Part shown: piece after piece, positions 59,201-64,000 of the stretch
Layout of the letters: the number at the start of each line of letters is the position of its first letter
Position numbering within the stretch: the stretch's first letter is position 1
Origin: Macrostomum lignano
Lineage: Eukaryota
DNA: 64,000 nucleotides
Direction: 5' to 3'
NCBI GenBank assembly: GCA_002269645.1
Contig: NIVC01003278.1
Coordinates: forward strand, 43,534-107,533
Notes under the pieces: model-generated
Database searches by the model: none
What the model saw: only the letters and a program-made list of their open reading frames with translations
Told to the model about the DNA's origin: nothing
Program-made: the position numbers and the translations under genes

Positions 59201-60412
59201 CGCAGGATTCGATTCACGGATGGTCGTTTCTCAGGACTGAGATTGAGCATGCTGCGCATGAGTTCAAGCAGTTCACTGCTGTACTGTGTAGGCATATCCG
59301 GTGTGCGACCTTTGAGAATCTTGTAGGACAATGAGCTGAAGTCTCTGGCGTTGAACGCGTGCTTTAGTGTGGCCATTTCGTACACGCAGCAGCCGAGAGC
59401 CCACACGTCCGACTGGGAATGGTAGGGTAGCATTTGGATTCTATTCTACCGGATATTGGAATTCCATTCTACCGGATATTGGAATTCTATTCTCTACCAG
59501 ATATCGGAATTCTATTCTACCAGAAAGTGGAATTCTATTCTCTACCAGATATTGGAATTCTATTCTCTACCAGATATTGGAATTCTATTCTACCAGATAT
59601 CAGACTACTATTCTACCGGATATTGGAATTCTATTCTACCGGATATTGGAATTCTATTCTACCGGATATTGGAATTCTATTCTACCGGATATCACACTAC
59701 TATTCTACCGGATATTAGAATTCTAAGACTTCTCAGATTTAGTATATTAGATTGTACCATATATAAGAGTTCCATTCTACTAGATTATTAAATCAATTCT
59801 ATGATCAGTCTACTAGACTTTAGAATCAAGAATAGTCCTAAACAATAAACCAGCACAAACCTTGTGATTATAGGGCTTGTTAGAGAACAGCTCCGGGCTC
59901 ATATAGTATGGTGTACCAATAAGCGTCTTGGCCATATCATTGGATGAGTCCAGCACCCGAGCAATCCCAAGGTCGCCAACTTTGATAATTTTAGATCTTG
60001 TCAAAAAGATATTCTGAGTTTTTAAATCTCTGTGCAAAATGTTTCTCTCGTGCATGTATTGCAAAGCCATGGCAACCTGGACGAACCATTCCACTATTTG
60101 CCTCTCTGGCAGCGGTACACCTTTCTGCTCTTTAAGCTTCGTGTACACGTCGCCACCTTCGCAATAGGCCATCACAATGTAGAGGATACCCTCCAGTTCA
60201 AATGAGTCCCTATAGCCAACTATGTTGGGATGCTTCAACTGGGACAGCAGTTTGCACTCCTGCTCAGCACTCTTGCGCTCTTTCTGGCTAGCATTGACCA
60301 GGCTGATCTTCTTCAACACATACTGGCGCCTATCTTTCTGATGCTTGGACAGCCACACCTCTCCATAGCTGCCTTTCCCTATCTGCTTGATTAGCTGATA
60401 CTCGCCAAGCAT
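56296..60412 (-). CDS. NEK4: NIMA-related kinase NEK4. Exons 60412-59861, 59412-58731, 57640-57549, 56955-56296; 661 aa
   Basis: GKGSYGEV..QYVLKK..AEQECKLLSQLKHPNIV..KLKEQKG..HRDLKTQN..GDLGIARVL..GTPYYMSPELFSNKPYNHK/SDVWALGCCVYEMATLKHAFNA and C-terminal LGLQLL..MG..QLKYVEE motif are NEK4-type; phases 0,1,0 close only with the 92-bp exon. Confidence 0.92.
56996..57300 (+). mobile_element. tRNA-derived SINE with conserved central domain, in NEK4 intron 3
   Basis: A-box-like GTAGCCTCGCGGTT head; GTCCTTGAGCAAGGCACTT and CACCCAGCTGTAAAATGGGT motifs typical of conserved-core metazoan SINEs; B box degraded. Confidence 0.7.
57690..58703. repeat. Minisatellite, 25-bp unit (CATGTACAGATTCAAGGGGTATAAT / ..GGGAGATTAT) with ~100-bp higher-order period, filling most of NEK4 intron 2
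   Basis: Spurious ORFs recur at 58027 and 58127. Confidence 0.95.
59437..59725. repeat. Minisatellite, 23-bp unit CTATTCTACCGGATATTGGAATT in NEK4 intron 1
   Basis: Tandem copies ending ~24 bp from the acceptor at 59413. Confidence 0.95.
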
Positions 60413-61829
60413 GGATTGAAGGCCTGCAAAAACAGTCGCTTGCAATTGATAGAAACTAATACTGATTTTATGGAAATCAGTTCTAGTTAGTCAAAAAATA
60501 CAAATCAAATAAAATACTAATACATGTATCTCGATCCTATTGTTTACATTGCTAAGCGTCTCTAACCCAAAAGCCAGATTCATCAAATTTTAAAATTGAT
60601 AGAATGGCATTTAGGATCCAACTTTAATTATTCAAAAATTCAAGTTAATTTAAATATGACCCACACAATGACAAAATACTAAATAACAGCATAATATTTA
60701 TTATATGTCTATATGCCTATCAACAAAGAGGGGGTCATTTCATAAGCCAAAATTATACCATGTGTTGGACTTTGAATAAAAACAAATTTATATAGTATTA
60801 TCTTATGGGTTTTATCTTGTTTATTTTTTTGAGAAATTGCTATATAAAGGGCTCAAAAGGTAGAGTTGGACAATAAGTATGCTTAAAATTGTCATTAAGA
60901 AACAAAATGGGCTCAATCAACAATTATTGTACAATTTTACCACAGTTATAACTGTTTTACATCTGTTATTTGTCTTGTTTGGCATAGTAATATACTGAAT
61001 AGCATCATTGTATCATAAGTTAAGTTAGTTTTTAATCCATATGAAGTATATCAGCCTTGATTTTATCTTGCAGATAAGCAGTTTAATGAGTTTCAATCTG
61101 TTTTTAAGTATATCAACCTAAATTTTATGATTCAAAGGAGGCAATTTGGTAAGTTTAATACTGATAGCATTGATGTTATTCCCAATTGAAAGTAAGGAAA
61201 GTAGCATGTAACTCTTTTTATATAAGGCCTCAATGCAAGCCCTTGATTTAATGAATTAGACAAAATCAAAGGCCCTTTTTGATAAAGCAAAATAATATTA
61301 TAACTAAAGCTTTCACCTTTCAAAGCCTTTTTATTTCCTATTGCTCTTAAGAAATAATATGAGCAAATATACCATAAACTCAATCAGGTGTTTTTGCTCT
61401 ACTGTGGAACTGGACTTAAGAAATGTCTAAAAGAAAGCCAAAGGAGCAAAAAGACATTTTAGTATCAAAAATGCAAGACAAGCAGCAATTTTGAATAAAT
61501 AGGTAACTGGTTGGGCTATAAAAGATTCATATTAACCTATTAGCCTATATTGACAATTTCTATAATTGCAGGAAATTATACTTTGTATATATTTAAGCAC
61601 ATAGCAATACAAGACTGGTGAGTATAAAAGTCCGAAACTTTTTGCTATCATGTAACAAAGGGAATTCACTAAAAACACTAAACAAGTCTGCTCAAACCTA
61701 TTACTTGATTCCAATATCAATTTCTATTTTAAATAAAATACAAAAATGTGTTACAAAGGTTACAAAGGGCATAAAGATACAGAAGGATTGTAGAAGAAAG
61801 ACTGTATCTCCATAGTGTTTTTAGGTATT

Positions 61830-62010
61830 GTGAAATTTAGGGCTTATGAAATTTAGGTCTTGTGAAATTTAGGGCTTATGAAATTTAGGTCTTGTGAAAT
61901 TCTGTGCATGCCTTTTAGATGTTATGAAATTTAGGTTTTGTGAAATTTAGGTTTTGTGAAATCTGTTGCATTGCTTATTTTTGACATTGTGGAAATTAGG
62001 GTTTATGAAA
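61830..62010. repeat. ~16-bp minisatellite (TGAAATTTAGGGCTTA / TGAAATTTAGGTCTTG)
   Basis: Tandem copies visible. Confidence 0.85.
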
Positions 62011-62218
62011 TATAATTCTTATGAAAGGTTCTGGTTTTGACATTGAAAATTAGGGTTTGTGAAACAATCCTTATCTGTTGAAGGTCTTGGCCTAGTGGAT
62101 CCTACAAATCTTGACAAGCAACCAGAAGTCTGTGCAGTTGCAATATATAAAGCTTGTCCTGCAAACTTACAATCAAGATCCTGCCATCTTTCTGTCTTGC
62201 TATGTGACTGGTAATAAG

Positions 62219-63032
62219 ACATGGATCTACTACCATGATCCCAAGTCAAAGGAGGAGTCAAAAAGCAGTGGCTACTAGTTGGCACACCTGCACTACTGAA
62301 AGCATGGACTGGATGCAGTACAGGCAAGAAAATGCTCAGTCTTTTGGGATGCCAAAGGTCCATTGCTGCTGGACTTTCTGCTACACAAGCAGACAGTCAC
62401 AGGTACTTACTATGCCAATCTGATCACCTGTCTACACAAGGCAATCAAGGAAAATCGATGGGGAATGCTGAGCCATGGTGTTGTGTTGCAGCATAACAAC
62501 GTACCTGTCACACTAGTGGGCTGGCAAAGGCAGCTGTCAATGTTGCAGGGTTCCAAGAGCTACCACACCCTGCCTATTCACCAGAACTTGCCAAGTAACT
62601 TTTACCTATTTCTGCATCCCAAGCGAGCACTTCATTGGCCGCAATCTGACATGAATAAAGCCCTGAAGGATGCTGCAACCTCTTGGTTTAAGAGGTGCTC
62701 AAAGAAGTTCCTTTAGAGCAGCATCAAAGCATTGCGATCAAGATGTCACAAGTGCATCTTGGTCAAAGGAGACTATGTAAAAAACATACATGCGCAACCT
62801 TAGGAATCACTCGGCCATTTCTATTGGCAACACACACATATAAGTTGCTATTGGCTGAGAGTAGTCACGTGACTATTATTCCTTCCAATAGCAACTTACA
62901 TGTGTGTGTTGCCAATAGAAACAGCCGGGTAAATCCATAGGTTGCACCCAAGCATGTAAAAAAAGCTGATTGGATTTGCCCCAATTCTCTTTCCTTTATA
63001 CCAAGGCTCAGAACTTTTTAATGCCCCTTGTA
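62219..63032 (+). mobile_element. Decayed mariner (DD34D) transposon, 3' half
   Basis: WIYYHDP, WDAKGPLLLDFL..TVTGTYYANL..GVVLQHNN, LPHPAYSPEL, GDYVKK across frameshifts; 3' TIR-like AACTTTTTAATGCCCCTTGTA followed by TA at 63033-63034. Confidence 0.88.
62787..62958. mobile_element. Palindromic MITE-like foldback inserted between the mariner ORF end and its TIR
   Basis: CTATTGGCAACACACACATATAAGTTGCTATTGG ... CCAATAGCAACTTACATGTGTGTGTTGCCAATAG; central AGTCACGTGACT. Confidence 0.8.
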
Positions 63033-63603
63033 TATACGAGTGTATATGGCCAAGTTATATAGTTTAGAAACTTAAATAAATTATAATATATATCAAAGGT
63101 AGGCCTTACTGCCCTAGGAATGGTCAGAAATTTTTCATAGATGATTCCCATAGGAAATGACTAAACAAAAAAATCAAATTTATTTATTTTTTGTACCTAT
63201 AAAAAGATATGTCTCTGTCCCTTGTCTATTATTGATATTAGTATAAAATAAAATTGGCTGAATCTATATAACTAAATTCTAATTTAATTTATTGTTTTTT
63301 TTCACTTATTTGTTTTATTTATTTATTACCAATTTATTGCTTTATCCTCACTCCTTTATTCTTTTCCTCATTTCCTTTTCTCCACCTTCTTTTTATATTT
63401 ACTATCTATCACTCCTTACCTTCTATATTTATCTATCTTTCTACCTTGTCCCTTTATTCTATTTATATTCTCCTCTATAATCCTCTTTTCCTCTCCTTTC
63501 TCACCTTCTTTGCACCTTTTTATAACCTTCCTCTATTTTCCTATCCTCTTTCACCCTCTTCTTACCCTCTCTTTATCCTTCTCTTTACTTTTAATTATTA
63601 GCT

Positions 63604-64000
63604 TTGGGATCCACAAACCCTCATCCATCGACAACTCAAACTCAATTGCGCAAGCAACAGGCCCTGCAGTCTCAACTCCAAGGCTTAAAGGACAGCCTCC
63701 AGCCAAAACTGGGCTCACCACATTCTCAGTCCTGTGCCATCTTATCAACAAGAAGACTTGCCAGTGTGTCAACACAGAAAGGATCAAACTTGAGAAGAAG
63801 CTCCAAAACCTTTGGCTAGAGAAGCAGCATCATGCAAGCATTTCACAAGCTATTACCAACATCTCAAGCCGGAAACTGAGTCCATCTGAACAACATGCCC
63901 TTCAATATGGCCTCCAACATCCAATCCTCCCAACTAGGCTCAACAAAATGCACATTGCCGCCGACATTGAAGCCCTTGTGTGTAAGTGCCTCTCTCACAA
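63604..64000 (+). mobile_element. 5' part of a decayed Penelope-like retroelement ORF (partial)
   Basis: After a frameshift: RIKLEKKLQNLW..AITNISSRKLSPSEQHALQYGLQHPILP..IAADIEAL, matching the KKL..L / xNxSxxxLxxxExxxLxxGL pattern upstream of PLE RT; RT itself lies outside the window. Confidence 0.6.

Overview
Eukaryotic (invertebrate animal) genomic window with spliced genes, AT-rich intergenic DNA and introns packed with unrelated minisatellites. The style is compatible with a free-living flatworm such as Macrostomum, but the species cannot be fixed from sequence alone. Genes reconstructed by hand from GT-AG sites and reading-frame phase: (1) an otopetrin-family proton channel on the minus strand (exons from ~17722 down to 2451, continuing beyond base 1) with a long low-complexity N-terminus; (2) a divergently oriented DRAK/STK17-like (DAPK family) Ser/Thr kinase on the plus strand. 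Its third intron is ~16 kb (20074-36168) and holds a full-length CsRn1-type Gypsy LTR retrotransposon, a TTAA-flanked TIR element carrying a 151-bp satellite, and a complete antisense nested MBOAT1/2-like lysophospholipid acyltransferase gene; (3) a tandem birth-and-death cluster of intronless Cx4Cx15Cx2H zinc-finger / coiled-coil / NHL-like beta-propeller genes: three ORFs, one decayed pseudogene and one N-terminal relic. One member has had its C-terminus replaced in frame by a TSD-flanked, (GAA)n-tailed retroelement fragment encoding a zinc finger; (4) NEK4 (4 exons, one a 92-bp exon missing from the ORF track). Also present are Tc1/mariner remnants, foldback MITEs, a tRNA-derived SINE and the start of a decayed Penelope-like element at the right edge. 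Coordinates were counted by eye; no searches were run.
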